A stretch of DNA of 64,000 bases from Scyliorhinus canicula (lineage: Eukaryota), in NCBI RefSeq assembly GCF_902713615.1, contig NC_052156.1:52605631-52669630 (forward strand). The letters run 5' to 3'. Every line of letters begins with the position of its first letter. The first letter of the stretch is position 1. Under the pieces are notes generated by a model, which saw only the letters and a program-made list of their open reading frames with translations, made no database searches and had not been told where the DNA came from. The position numbers and the translations under genes were made by a program. Of this stretch, positions 10,861-23,860 are shown piece by piece.

Positions 10861-12764
10861 TCAGCAGCCCACACTCTGAAATTTCCTTCCTAAACATCTC
10901 CATTGCCCCTCTATTAGTAGCTTACTGGGCTCCTCATTGTTTCAATGACACTAGATAAAAGGCCACTGAAGGTTGTTGCGCATTTTCATATGCAAAATAT
11001 TTGGCCACTGTAAGCCCTATTGTTGGGATACAGGCTTTGGAAGATACCAGATGCTTTAAAACATGCAAATCTCCGAATTAGGTGAGTCCCAGCTCGCCAT
11101 ATGTTTACAACAATCAAGATAAAGGGCAATGAAAGTGACAGTTGGAAAGATAAAAAGTAAATATAATGTCAGGAGTCCTAAATGGTTAAAGTTGAGCATT
11201 GCCACTTTTATAACATTTGTATTAGTGGGAGCAATATTAGCTGTGAAGTGATAGCAGTATCACCTTTGCGGCCTGGCAAAGTACAATTCAGTTTTAGATT
11301 ACAAGCAAAGGAATCTGGGTCAGTGCAATTTCAGTACAGATTAGAACTGCTGAATAAATTTTAGTCACTGCACTTTCTGTCACATCAAAAAGAATATTTG
11401 TATGACTTCAGACTGGCAGCAGCTAGTGTGATATTTTGCTTCACACTGGCAGTCAAATTACAAGTAAATCTGTTAAACACACATATCCTGCAACTATGGA
11501 TGGATTTCAACACATTCTACTTTCAGAAGAATTGTATGTGCTTAGAAGCATCACAATGCATAATGTATCATCAAATAACAGCACCAAGTGCCATTGGACT
11601 GGGCTCGAATTTAACTCCAGGTAGGGAAGCAAAATAGGGAGCAGATGCTCCATTTTGGGAATGTTAAAAGAGATGCTTTGTTAATGGCCGGGTCTCATTA
11701 ACATGTCACTTGCCAATTTTTCAACTAAAACAGCCAAAAAATTAATGGGAAATGGCAGCCCAGCTGTTAAAATCAGGCAGCTGGAAACACTACCAAAAAC
11801 CAAGGGGAAGAGACTCCCTGGTAGGTCTCCAATTACCAAGGGGGGGCCCAAAGTTTCCTTCTGGAACATGGAGGAGTATTCTGCTCCTCATGGTCTGCAA
11901 AGGTGAAGCATAATCTTTAAAATATACTTTTACTGCCCCTGTTCTGGTTTTGGCTGTTGTTCCTGGCTGGGAAACCAGCATTGATTCCCCACTCATGCTT
12001 CAGAGTTAAAATGGCAGATCAGATCCCAATTACATCATCAGGTGCTGATCTGCATATTTAAAGTGGCTTGGAGCAGGTGTCTTTGCAGCTGTAATTTAAA
12101 ATTGCTGCAAGTCACATCAGAGCAGAACATGTTTGGTTTGCTTTCTTGGAGTAAAATGCAACCTTGGTGATTCATGCTGTCGGGTCAGTGTCATTGCAGA
12201 CATGATTGTTAACTGATCCAACAGTGGTGTTTCTCAGTGTAGATCTCGTGTGAAAAGCTAATGGAGAACGCATATGACTTAAACACTGATTATGTTGAGG
12301 ATCTGCCATCAGCGCCATTCAGTTCACTCTGGGATGGCGAGTGACTGGCTGTTGGAAGATTTGGACTGTACAATGCAATGAATTGATTTAATCAAAAGCA
12401 ATCATTTCCCTGAAATCGCTTTCGGGTTTGAGATGTTAGTGTAATAAAACAAATTGGAAGGTAGCTTGTAAAACATTTATTGGATAGAAGACATTAAATA
12501 ACTTTGCTAAACCGTGAAAAGAACAATGGTTTTTCTTGTCATATAAAACAACTGGAACATTTAATTTGAAGGACAGTTTGTTTATCTAATCATTATTCAC
12601 AGACAAATAAAATGTCCTGCATTATTTCAATCAGCTTTCCAAAAATCCCAATTCGAGCAATGATAGTAAGATAATAATCTTTATTAGTGTCACAATTAGG
12701 CTTACATTCTGACTTCGAACTATCGTGAGCAACCTATTTGTAAACATTGATCACTTGGAACATG

Positions 12765-13068
12765 GGGTGACATAGTGATTAGCACAGCTGCCTCACAGCG
12801 TCAGGGACTCGGGTTCAATTCCAACCTTGGGTGACTGTCTGAGTAGAGCTTGCACTTTCTCCCCATGCCAGGGTGTTCCTGTTTTGTCCCACAGTCCAAA
12901 GATGTGCAGGTTAGATGTGCAATGCTAAATTGCCCCTTGGTATCAGAAAGGATGGGTGGGATTATGAGGATGGGGCAGGGGAGTGCACCGAGGTACAGAA
13001 AGGGCCGGTGCAGACTCGATGGGCTGAATGGCCTCCTTCTGCACTGTACGTACTCTATGATTCTATGA
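12765..13068 (+). mobile_element. HE1 V-SINE, long form
   Basis: Head, V-domain and tail ending CTCTATGATTCTATG. Confidence 0.85.
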
Positions 13069-14130
13069 AAGCTAAAGTAAGCATTAGTTAGTATTTTACG
13101 ATGTGAATGTGATGCTTTTGTGGCTTTCGGTTTTGTCAGGTTTAAAACCTGATAACGTAGCTCCATGTACACCCAGCAGAGGGAGTATATCAAGGGATAA
13201 TTGCTGCCATTTGTTCAATGCCCTTCTGCCTTTCCAAATATATACAGCCAGCAAGTTGAAAATGTGCTCCTAACAGAGAATAGGATTCTCCATCCCGCCG
13301 CTGAAATTGGGAAACCCGAGAAAAACCCACATCAGCCCAAAAACGGAATCAGCGCCCGGTGGCAGACATGTCGCTAGTCTCTGGTCCCGCTACGCTGGCC
13401 AAAGTGCGTTTCCCATCCTGCGCCGAAGGGAACATGCAAACTGCTCATATGCATTCGGTTGGTCACCCGAACCTCCAAACCTCTCCCCCCCGCCCCCCAG
13501 CCCCCCACCATTAGCTTCACCCATCCCAGCAAGGTGGCGTATGATTTGGTGCAAGTATTTACAATGTCCTGGCACAATGGCCTTTGAGGGGAACAAGGAA
13601 GTGAGTACCATTTTCATTGTTTTCCAGCTTGTTGTTTTATGTCTGCCTGGAGTTCTGGAACTAGTGTGGGCAATGGTGAGGGCAGCTGAGCAATCAAACT
13701 CAGGAAGGCCATGTAATTTGGGGGGGTTGGATGGTTAAGGGAGGCATCGCCTTGGTGGCAGTGTCTGTCTCTCCCTCCTGTCCTGCACAGACATGGAATT
13801 TGGAACTCAGACTGCCATTCTAACCATCTCCGTGGCCATGTTGCCATCATGGATGCACGGTGGCGACAGCACCAGGGTCAGCCCAGGAAAGACCCTGCAC
13901 GGCAGGAGACTGCGCCAGAACAGCAGGGGCCAGCTGGTGAAGCTCAGATTCTGGCTGTCTAATCTACCACACAATGAAGGAAGTACGAAGACGGCGCCAT
14001 ATCAGGCCGCATTTCTACCATCGGCGCTCATCCTTCAAGGAGCTGCCGGATTGCGTGTGCTGCCATCAACTCCACCTCATCAAGGACACCATGTGCTACC
14101 TGTGCCCGGGCAGCTATCTACATCAATTTC

Positions 14131-16006
14131 TTTTTTTTTAATGTTTTTTATTGGTTATTTTGCACATGGTATATTTACAGGTGTATACAAAGAGGGAAAA
14201 AAAAGAGGATAACAAAAACACTGTATAAATTTTAAAAACACATAAATAAAAAACCAAGGGGTGGGAAAGTAAACACTGGGGAGGTATATATACATAGAAG
14301 CACTGGAGAGACCATTACATTATACATGCTCCGGTTTTTTTTCTTCTGCTTTTTTTTAGCAAAGAGAGTACATGCAACACCAGCAACACAAAATAGATCT
14401 GGATTGAGGGGGGTGGGTGGGGGGGGGGGGGGCATGTTGCTTGCTTCTCCTGGTGAATTTTCGCTGTTGTTTTGTGTTTGCCTCCGCTTCGGTCGTCCGT
14501 CCTTCCTTCCACTTTGTGTTTGCCCCCTGTCCTTATTTCTTCCCTCCTCCCCTTCCCTGATCGATTTCCCCCCCCCCCCCCCCCCCCCCCACCACTCTCT
14601 CTCTCCTGCAGCTCCCCTTTCTTTCCTGTTGTGTTTGGCTACCTCCTCTTGCACTATTCCCCCCCGCTCGCCCCCCCCACCCCTACCCCCCCAGGTCTTT
14701 CCCTCCTTCCTTCTTTGTTCTCACGTTTGGCTACTTTCCCCTGGCTCTTGGTTACTTGATTATTTATTTGTTTGTTCATTGGCCACAAACAGGTCCCGGA
14801 CCAGTTGGGTGAATGGCTCCCATGTTCTGAAGAAGCCATCTTCTAACCCCCGGATGGCGAATTTTATTTTCTCCATGTGGAGAAATTCCGATAGATTGGA
14901 TAGCCAGTCTGCAGCTTTAGGTGGTGCTGCAGACCACTAGCCATGCAGGATTCTATGACGGGCGATCAGAGAGGCAAAGGCAAGGGCGTCCGCACTCCTC
15001 TCCATGAAGGGATCTGGCTGGTCTGATATCCCGAAGACCGTCGCTTTCGGGCATGGCTCCACCCTCATCACCACCACCTTGGTCATTGCCTCACTCCGGG
15101 GTTTCCCTTTGTTAGGGGCCTGTCCAAGATGGCCATTGTCACTGCTCTCCCCTTGCGGTCAGGTGCCTGCACTCCGGGGTTTCCCTTTGTCCAGGGGGCA
15201 GCCAACATGGCCACCAACTGTGCATCCGCCACGTGGGTAGGCCCCTGCACTCCGGGGTCTCCCATCGCCCAGAGACAGTACTGGGTGGTTACTTGCCATG
15301 CTTCTTTGCCCCTGGATGCAGCCCTTTGTAGCCTTATTGCTGCTCTCGCTCTAGTCCTATTTTTACCCCCTTCCCTCTGTTCTCCCCACCCCCCGGCTTC
15401 TCCCTTCCTCCCTCCTTATCTCCTCTGTCCCGTGTTCCCCTCTTTTGCCCCCCTTCCCCCAGCTCCTATCCCCGTTTGCTCCCCCATCCTCATTGTGTCC
15501 CCCCCCCCCCCCCCCCCCCCCCCCCACTTTTCCATGTCTTTGATGGTCGCCTCTTGGGCTTCCAGCCTCTTCTCCGCTCTGCTCAGGGCGAGCTGTATTT
15601 GGGCCAGGGTCTCCACCACCGCGGCCTTCACTGCGGCCTCAATGTCCACTTTTACCTCCGCCTTTACCTCCTGTTAGTGCTTCCTCAGTGGGGTTTGTTC
15701 ATGTCTGCCTTGCTCCTTTTGTTTCCGCGAAACATGCGCTCCGCCGCCTCGTGCGCTGGTTGGTTCATCCGAGAGTGGTCGTCCCTGGCCCCTTCTACTC
15801 CTGGTCTCTGTTCTGGCTCTGGTTTGGCATCTTCCAGGCATTTTTCCTTATATTTCTATATTTCCTTGACTTTCTTCCTTCCTCTGTCTTATTAAAGTTG
15901 GAGAATGAATTGCTGCGTCTTTTTGGTGAATTATCGTTGTAAAGTGGCCCATGGGTGGAGAGCGACCTAACGTGTGACTGCTCAGCACATTGTCATCACC
16001 GGAAGT
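14131..16006 (-). mobile_element. Internally deleted non-autonomous L1 (5'UTR, ORF1 N-terminus, spacer, ORF2 C-terminus, 3'UTR, poly-A)
   Basis: 5' end ACTTCCGGT; coiled coil DIEAAVKAAVVETLAQIQLALSRAEKRLEAQE; ORF2 end ALAFASLIAR..MEKIKFAIRG..FFRTWEPF; A tail; perfect 17-bp TSD CTATCTACATCAATTTC at 14114-14130 and 16007-16023. Confidence 0.9.
15092..15263. repeat. 78-bp-period degenerate tandem inside the L1 derivative
   Basis: CACTCCGGGGT at 15092, 15170 and 15248. Confidence 0.8.
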
Positions 16007-17057
16007 CTATCTACATCAATTTCAACCTGAACCAGGTCGATCAGGATGCCTGGGTTGCTGGATTTGCTGCCTTCATTGGCATGCCCTGGGTCCAGGGAGT
16101 TATTGATGACACGCATGCCACCCTCAGAGCACTGGCTTGACAGTAGGTGCCCTCCATTGACAGGAAGTGGTTTCACTCTCTGAACATGCAGCTGGTGCAA
16201 TCACCAGCTGCACATCGTGCCCGTCTATGCACAATACCCAGGCAGCGGGCACGACACTTATGCCCTGCTGCACTCGGTGCTTCCTGGCACCTTTGAAGCA
16301 CTCCCTCGTGTGAGGGGTTGGCTAGTGGGTGACAAGGCCTACCCAATAAGGTCATGGCTGACGCCCCAGTGGTGAGGTGATTTAAATGCTCACTCAGCAA
16401 CCAGGAGTGTCATCGAGCGGTGCATAGGGCTTCTAATGGTGCACATCCGCTGCCTTGTCTGGTCTGGTGGGGCTCTCTATTATGGCTCGCAGGGGGGCCT
16501 CGTGCATCATGGTGGCCAGCTGCATCCTGCACAACATCATGCAGTAAGGGGGCGACATTCTAGAGGAGGGGGAATAACGACAGGTCTCGTCAGACAAGGA
16601 GGACGAGGACGGTGTCCAGGATGAGCTAAGCGAGAAGCCGGAATTGGACCGACTGGTCATGGATCAAGTCCTTCAGGGCCATAGAACCTGATTAGCTCCC
16701 GATTTGCCGCCTCGAAGGCCAAAAGACCGGCAGCTTCATCACGATCACCCCTCCATCACCCTGGCCCTCTCCCTCACATTCCCCTTAGTCTTTCACCCCA
16801 CCTTCCCCTTAACCTGTCACTCCAACTTCCCCTTTGACTTTCACCCCTTCCCATGACAACAGCTCCATCTCCCCCCTCCGAGGGTCATCTCATCATCACA
16901 ACAGGGTGTTGGGCCTGGGTTGGCAGTATCAGCGGGACTTGTCTGTCGGATGGAGGAAGATGACGACTCGCTGTGAGATGGACAACCGGGGATCATCAAG
17001 GCAGACAGTGTTCTGTTACCTAAAAGACAAGAGTCAGATTTTGTCACACACTGAGGA

Positions 17058-19298
17058 GCCCCCTGCCTGGACCACAAACATTTCACTCTTGACCGTATTT
17101 AATTTGTATCCTGAGAACTGGCCGAACTTCCTCAGCATTCCCAGTATAGTTCCCATCCCGGCCACTGGGTCCGACACGTACAGGAGCAGGTCGTCTGCAT
17201 AAAGAGAAACCCTGTGTTCAACCCCGCTCCTCACCATCCCCTTCCAACCCTCTGCGGCTCTCAGCGCAATCGCCAGCGGCTCTATGGCCAGCGCAAACAG
17301 CAGCAGGGAGAGCGGGCAGCCCTGTCTGGTCCCTCGGTACAACCTAAAGTACTCCGACACTTCTCTGTTGGTCCTGACGCTGGCCCTCGGGGCCTGATAT
17401 AATAATTTGATCCAATCCACCAATCCCTCCCCGAACCCAAACCGTCCGAGCACCTCCCATAGATAGTCCCACTCCACCCGGTCAAAGGCCTTCTCGGCGT
17501 CCATTGCCACCACTACCTCCACCTCTCTACCCGCCGGGGGCATCATTATAACATTGAGCAATCTCCTCAGATTGGCCGCCAGCTTCCTACCTTTCACGAA
17601 CCCCGTTTGATCCTCCCCAATCACCTCCGGTACACAGTCCTCCATTCTACCCGCCAGTACCTTTGCCAGGAGCTTGGCGTCTACATTAATCAGGAAGATT
17701 GGCCTGTAGGACCCGCACGCCTCCTGGTCTTTACCCCGCTTCAATATCAGAGATATGGTGGCTTGTGACATTGTCGGCGGCAGGGTCCCTCTGTCCCTTG
17801 CCTCATTGAAAACCCTCGCCAAGACCGGGCCCACCAGCTCAGAGAACTTCCTATAAAACTCTACTGGGTATCCATCCGGCCCCGGGGACTTCCCCGACTG
17901 CATTGCGTTAAGGCCCCCCAATACCTCCTCTACTCTAATCGGGGCTCCCAGCTCTTCCACTCGCCCCCCACCAACTGTTGGGAATGTTAACCCGTCCAGA
18001 AACCTTTTCATCCCCTCCGGTTCTTCCGGTGGCTCCGAAGTATACAGCTTACGATAGAAGTCCCGGAATACCCTATTCAATTCTGCCGGGTCCTCCACTT
18101 TGCGCCCCCCCCTCGTCCCTCACTCTACCTATTTCCCTGGCCGCCTCCCACCTCCTGAGTTGCTGCGCTAACAGTCTGCTAGCCTTTTCCCCATGCTCGT
18201 ACACCACTCCCCTCGCCTTCCTAAGCTGTTCCACGGCCCTGCTCGTGGATAGTGCCCCCAGTTCCGCCTGTAGTCTCTGCCTCTCCCTGAGTAAAATCTC
18301 CCCCAGGGACTCCGTGTGCTCTTCATCTATCTGACCCATTTCCCTGACCAATCTATCCATCTCTGCCCGGTCTGCCTTGGCTCTGTGGGCCCCAATTGAA
18401 ATCAGCTCCCCCCGCACTACTGCCTTTAGCGCCTCCCACAAGGTCGCCGCTGAGACCTCCCCCGTGTCATTCACCTGCAGGTAATTTTTTATACATTTCC
18501 GAAGCCTCTCGCAGATCCCCTCCTCCGACAGCAGTCCCACATCTAGCCTCCATTGCGGGCGTTGATAGCTCGCTCCCCCGAACTGCAGGTCCACCCAATG
18601 CGGGGCATGGTCTGAAATGGTAATTGCTGAGTATTCCGTGTTCTTTACCTCCCCCATACAGTCCCTGCTTAGTACAAAGAAATCTATCCTGGAATATACT
18701 TTATGGACGTGCGAGTAAAACGAGTAGCCCATTCCTGTTGGCTGTCTATCTCTCCAGGGGTCCACTGCCCCCATTTGCTCCATAAACCCTTTCAGCTCCC
18801 TTGCCATTGCTGAGAGTCTACCCCTTCTGGGACATGACCGATCCAAAGTCGGGTTAAGGACCATGTTAAAGTCCCCTCCCATTATTATCCTGCGAGAATC
18901 CAGGTCCGGGATCTTCCCCAGCACTCTTTTAATGAAGTCCACGTCATCCCAGTTCGGGGCATATATATTCACCAGCACCACTCTTCTCCTCTCCAGTCTG
19001 CCCCGTACCATCAGGTATCTGCCCCCCCCTGTCTGCGGATATGCCCTCTGCCTCAAATTGCACGCGCTTATTGATCATGATTGCCACCCCTCTGGACTTC
19101 GAGTCCAAGTCCGAGTGGAAGACCTGGCTAATCCAGCCCTTCCTTAGCCTGGTCTGGTCCGACACTTTCAGATGTGTCTCCTGCAACATAATTACGTCTG
19201 CCCTCAGGGCCCGCAAGTGCGCGAACACCCTTGACGTTCCAGGTGATCAGCCTGGTCGGGGGGCACATCCCACCCCCTCCACCCCGCCGGTCAGCCAT
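17058..19298 (-). pseudogene. L1 ORF2: APE endonuclease + reverse transcriptase, frameshifted
   Basis: TWNV, LQETH, NIYAPN, GGDFN, SRIDFF, SDHAP; KSPGPDG, DAEKAFD, RQGCPLS, LYADD; frameshifts near 19230, 19030 and 18100. Confidence 0.95.
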
Positions 19299-19787
19299 AG
19301 CCTTTCTCGGGCCGGCCCCTGGCCCGTGCGTCGTGCCATTCCTGGCCCGCCCTTTGGCTGCCTCCACCCTCGACCTCCTTTCCAGTGCAGAACAATCCCC
19401 CCCTCCCCTAACCCCATCCCCCGATACCCCCACCCCTGCCATCTACTGGCTGTAACTTCCCCCCCCCATCTGACTCCCTTGACTAGCCAATCTGCTAGCC
19501 CGGTGACTCAACACTCCGGCGCCTTCCTGTCTCATTCCCATTGTTTCCCCGTCCTCCTCCCCACCCACTGGGGCAAGCCGGCTCCAGTGTCTTCCGCGAG
19601 CTGCACAAAAAGCACAAACCAGCCCAAACAGGAAAATAAAAACACAGAAAAAAGAGAAAAAGCATATAAATGTCCATAAACAAAGGAAAGAGTCTCAAAT
19701 GTTCCGCTTGGCCCCTTTGGCCCAGCAAACCGTTGAGCAGCAGTCCAGGCACATTCGGCGTTCCTTCCCACAGAAATCCTCGGGCCC

Positions 19788-21411
19788 ACGAGTAGTATCA
19801 TTGGGTACGTGTGGGCACATGGCACCCCTAGAGTTAGAAGGGTCTTTTTGGAGCGGAGTAGGGATAGTGGAGGGCTGGCGTTACCCAATCTTTCAGGGTA
19901 TTACTGGGCGGCAAATGCATCGATGGTACGAAAGTGGATGATGGAAGGGGAGGGGGCAGCTTGGAAGCGCATGGAGAGGGCGTCCTGTGGCAACATAAGC
20001 TTAGGGGCACTGGTAACGGCACCATGGCCGCTCCCTCCCACGAGGTATACCACGAGCCCGGTGGTGGCGGCCACCCTCAAGATCTGGGGGCAGTGGAGGC
20101 GACACAGGGGGGAAGTGGGGGGTTTGATAAGGGCACCACTAAGAAGGAACCACAGATTTGCACCGGGAAATACAGGAGGGGGATTTCTGAGCTGGCAGAG
20201 GGTGGGCATTAGGCAACTGAAGGACTTGTTTATAGAGGGGAGGTTTGCGAGCTTGGGAGAGCTGGAGGAGAAATTCGGGCTCCCCCCGGGGAACACGTTC
20301 AGGTAATTCCAAGTGAAGGCATTTGCCAGACGACAGGTAGAGGGGTTTCCCGTGCTTCCCGACAGGGGGGCGAGTGATAGGGTGCTATCAGGGGCCTGGG
20401 TCGGGGAGGGGAAGATCTCGGACATTTATAAGATTATGCAGGAGGTGGAGGAGGTACCAGTAGTGGAGTTGAAAGACAAGTGGGAGGTAGAGCTGGGGGA
20501 GCAGATAGAGGATGGGACATGGGCAGACGCCCTAGAGAGGGTCAACTCGTCGTCGTCATGTGCGAGACTGAGTCTCATTCAATTTAAGGTACTGCATAGA
20601 GCCCACATGACGGGGACAAGGATGAGTCGGTTTTTCGGGGGTGAAGACAGGTGTGTCAGATGTTCGGGAAGCCCTGCGAATCATGCACACATGTTTTGGG
20701 CATGTCCGGCACTGGAGGAGTTCTGGAAGGGGGTGGCAGGGACGGTGTCGAGAGTGGTGGGGTCCAGGGTCAAGCCAGGATGGGGACTTGCGATCTTCGG
20801 GGTTGGGGTGGAGCCGGGGGTACAGGAGGCGAGGGAGGCTGGAATATTAGCCTTTGCGTCCTTGGTGGCTCGGAGGAGGATCTTGATTCAGTGGAGGGAC
20901 GCAAGGCCTCCAAGTGTTAACACCTGGTTAAACGACATGGCAAACTTCATCCAATTGGAAAGAATCAAATTCGCCCTGAGAGGGTCGGTGCAGGGGTTTT
21001 TCAGGCGATGGCAACCCTTCCTGGACCTCTTAGATCAGAGATAGAAACTGAGGTTGTGACAGCAGCAACCCGGGAGGGGAGGGGAGGGCGGGAGGGAGGG
21101 GGGGGGAGGGTGTGGGGGAGGGGAGGGGGGGCGGGGGAGGGGGGATAGCAACGAAGGAAACACGGTATCGGTGGTGTCACGGGCAAGGCCTGCCCGAGGA
21201 CACTGCCAGAAATGACAAGATGGTCGGGCGGCCGGTTCGTCGGCGGGGGGGGGGAGGCGGGGGGGGCGCGCGGGTAGGGGGTGGGGGGATTCTTGTTAAG
21301 TAGGGGGGTTTGACTTTGTTTTGATATAATTCAAATGTAGGGGGGGTTAAAATGTTTGTACTCTGAAAAATTTCTTCAATAAAAAGTATTTAAAAAAAAA
21401 AAAAAAAAAAA
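19788..21411 (+). mobile_element. 5'-truncated L1 (ORF2 C-terminus, 3'UTR, poly-A) inserted antisense in the host L1
   Basis: GGLALPNL..YYWAA, QFKVLHR, CVRC..HMFWAC; AATAAA plus a long A run; TSD AAATCCTCGGGCCC at 19774-19787 and 21412-21425. Confidence 0.95.
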
Positions 21412-21424
21412 AAATCCTCGGGCC

Positions 21425-22337
21425 CTAACTCGCGTCCTTGGGGCCTCCTTTCGGGACCAGCCCCAGGTCCCTCACAAAATCCATCGCTTCTTCGGGCTCG
21501 GAGAAGTAGTGGTGTTGACCCTGGTGCGTGACCCATAGCCGAGCTGGGAACAGCAGACCAAACTTCACGTGCTTATTGAACAGCACCTCCTTGACATTCT
21601 TAAAGGCTGCTCGCCGCCGAGCCACCTCCTGGCTTAGGTCCTGATAAATGCGGAGAACACTGTTGTTCCACGTGCTGCTCCTGGCGCTCTTTGCCCACTG
21701 CAGCACCCGCTCCTTGTCCACGAACATGTGGAACCTAATCACCAGCGGGCGGGGGGGGGGGGGGTCCGCCCGGCCGCCCCTGCCTTGCCTGCACTCTGTG
21801 TGCCCCCTCCAGCTCCAGCGGTCGTGGAAAGGCTTCGGCCCCCATCAGCTGCTTCAGCAGGTCTGCTACAAACGCTGCAGCATCAGCTCCCTCAGCCCCC
21901 TCTGGGAGGCCGACCATCCTCAGATTGTTCCTGCGGACTCTATTCTCCAGCTCCTCCACTCTGTCCTGCAGTCTTCTCTGGCGCTCTTTCAGGACGTCAA
22001 CTTCTAGCGCTGCAACCGTTTGCGCATCCGCCTGCTCCTCCACCGCCTCTCCCAGCTCCTTAACTTTAACATCCTGGGCGTCCAGCCTCTGGTTCAGCTG
22101 ATCCACCACTTTCTGGATTGGGTCCAAGCTGTCCTGCTTCAGCGCTTCAAAACTGGACTTCATTACCTGGAGCATGTTATCCAGCGCCTGCTGGATTGCT
22201 GAGTCCGGGGTCCGTGTGTCCGCCATCTTAGGTCCCAGGTAATTTTCTTCAGGTCCTTGTCTCTGTCCCTTTTTCTCCTTCTTCTTATGCCTTCTGGAAT
22301 CCCGCTGTTCCATGTGCCGCAGCCCGCTCCTCAGCAC
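21425..22337 (-). pseudogene. L1 ORF1 (Transposase_22-like: coiled coil, RRM, CTD)
   Basis: LENRVRRNNLRMVGLPEGAEG, LEGAHR, IYQDLS, FGLLFPARL; one frameshift at a homopolymer near 21750. Confidence 0.9.
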
Positions 22338-22707
22338 CTTCGCTGCCGCCTTCCTTCGCCCAGCTCCTTACATTTTACCTCCTGGGCATCTGAAGTGGGT
22401 CCAAGCTGTCCTTCCTCAGCAACTCCAAACTTTTTTTCCTTGTCCTGGAGGAAGGAATGTCCGTGGGTCCGCCATCTTACCCTTCAGGTCAGTTTCCTCC
22501 TTGTCTCCGTCTCTCTCTCTCTCTTTCTTCTCCTACCTGCTGGCCTCCCACGCTTCCCTCCGCTGCAGCCCGCTCTCCTCTTCCTTCACGGCAGCCTTTT
22601 TGCCGCCCCCGTGGTCCCGCTATCGCGGGGAATCAGCTGCTAAGCCCCGCCGGAGTGAGAGCCCGCCGAATGTGCGGCTCACTCGAACATCGCCGCCACC
22701 GTAAGTC

Positions 22708-23860
22708 GCAAGGCTGCATACTTAACCCCCTACTATACTCCTTATACACACATGACTGTGTGGCAAAATTCAACTCCACCTCCAACTACAGGTTTACTGA
22801 TATCACAACCGTAGCGGGTCAAATCTCAAACAACGACGAGTCAGGTTACAGGAGGGTGATAAAGAACCTAATAACTTCAGGAAGTGAATGTCGCACGTAC
22901 CCCTGGCTGTATCAATGGTGCCAAGGTGGAGATGGTTGACAGCTTCAAATTCCTAGGTATAAACATCACCAACAATCAGTCCTGGCGCACCCACTGATGA
23001 ACCATCAATCGAACGCGAGGCGAGTTGCTGTACAAAAGGAAGGCTTTAATCAGGTAGAAGTTAGCCCTGCGGTCGACTACAGTAAATGGACGACCGCCGG
23101 GTATTCTGGGTATTTATACCTCGCTCTGGAGGCGGGGTTAACTCAGCCTCTCGACCAATCGGGGAGCCGTCACATGACAGGTCTTAACCAATCGGTCGAG
23201 AGGCACATGACCGACCAGGGCCAATGGTAAGCCAGTGTTCTGCACCAATGGCAGACAGCTATGTAAATCATACCACCACACCCTCGTCAACGCTGCAACC
23301 AAAAAAGCACAACGGCACATTTACTTCCTCAAGAAATTAAGGAAATTCGGCATCCTACCTGGCTGCATCACAACTTGGTATGGCTACTGCTCAGTCCAAG
23401 ACCTTAAGAAACTGTAGAGAATTGTGAACACAGCCCAGTCCATCATGCAAGCCCACACCCCCTCCCCCCATTGACTCCGCCTATGCCTACACCTCCTGTT
23501 GCCTTGGGAAAGTGGGCAGCATGATCAAAGACCCCTCCCACCTGAGTTATTCTCTCTTCCAACATCTTCCATCGGGCAGAAGATACAAAAGTTTGAGAAC
23601 ACGCACCAATAGATTTTAAAAAGCTGTTACCAGATTCCTGAATGGCCCTCTTATGGACTGAACTGATATTTCTATGCATCTTCTTTACAGTTGTAGCACC
23701 ATATTCCAAATGCTGCATCTGATAACTCTGTTTATGTATATCATTGTCTATTTATAGTGTGTTCTGTGTATTTGTGTATGGAACGATCTGCCTGGATCGT
23801 ACACAGAACAATACTTTTCACTGTACCTCGATACATGTGACAATAAATCTAAACCTAATC
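22708..23860 (+). mobile_element. Rex1/Babar LINE 3' fragment
   Basis: QGCILNPLLYSLYTHDC..ISNNDESGYR, FKFLGI, KKAQRHIYFLKKLRKF; tail TGTGACAATAAA. Confidence 0.85.
22995..23280. mobile_element. Solo LTR inside the Rex/Babar fragment
   Basis: TG...CA ends; 5-bp TSD cccac/ccctc; removing it rejoins the host sequence. Confidence 0.8.

Larger units (their letters stand above)
13281..17057 (+). pseudogene. PIF/Harbinger element with a disrupted HARBI1-like DDE transposase
   Basis: Translated pieces VQGVIDDTHATL, RKWFHSLNMQLV, WLVGDKAYP, TRSVIERCIGLL, VASCILHNI match DDE_Tnp_4 motifs; stops and frameshifts; split by the 14131-16006 insertion. Confidence 0.85.
17058..22707 (-). mobile_element. L1-clade LINE, 5'-complete and 3'-truncated
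   Basis: 5' end GACTTACGGTGGCGG; ORF1, spacer and ORF2 EN+RT present; no 3'UTR, poly-A or TSD of its own. Confidence 0.93.

Noticed and set aside
14326-14940. 204-aa proline-rich ORF and similar ORFs at 15129 and 19041
   Set aside because: Antisense reading of L1 sequence across C homopolymers
15092-15263. Repeat-spacer-like pattern suggesting CRISPR
   Set aside because: The spacers are related to each other (degenerate 78-bp tandem), lie inside an L1, and no cas genes are present
19788-21411. Classic twin-priming 5' inversion as the explanation for opposite L1 orientations
   Set aside because: The TSD brackets only the plus-strand piece and lies inside the host spacer, with ORF1 outside it
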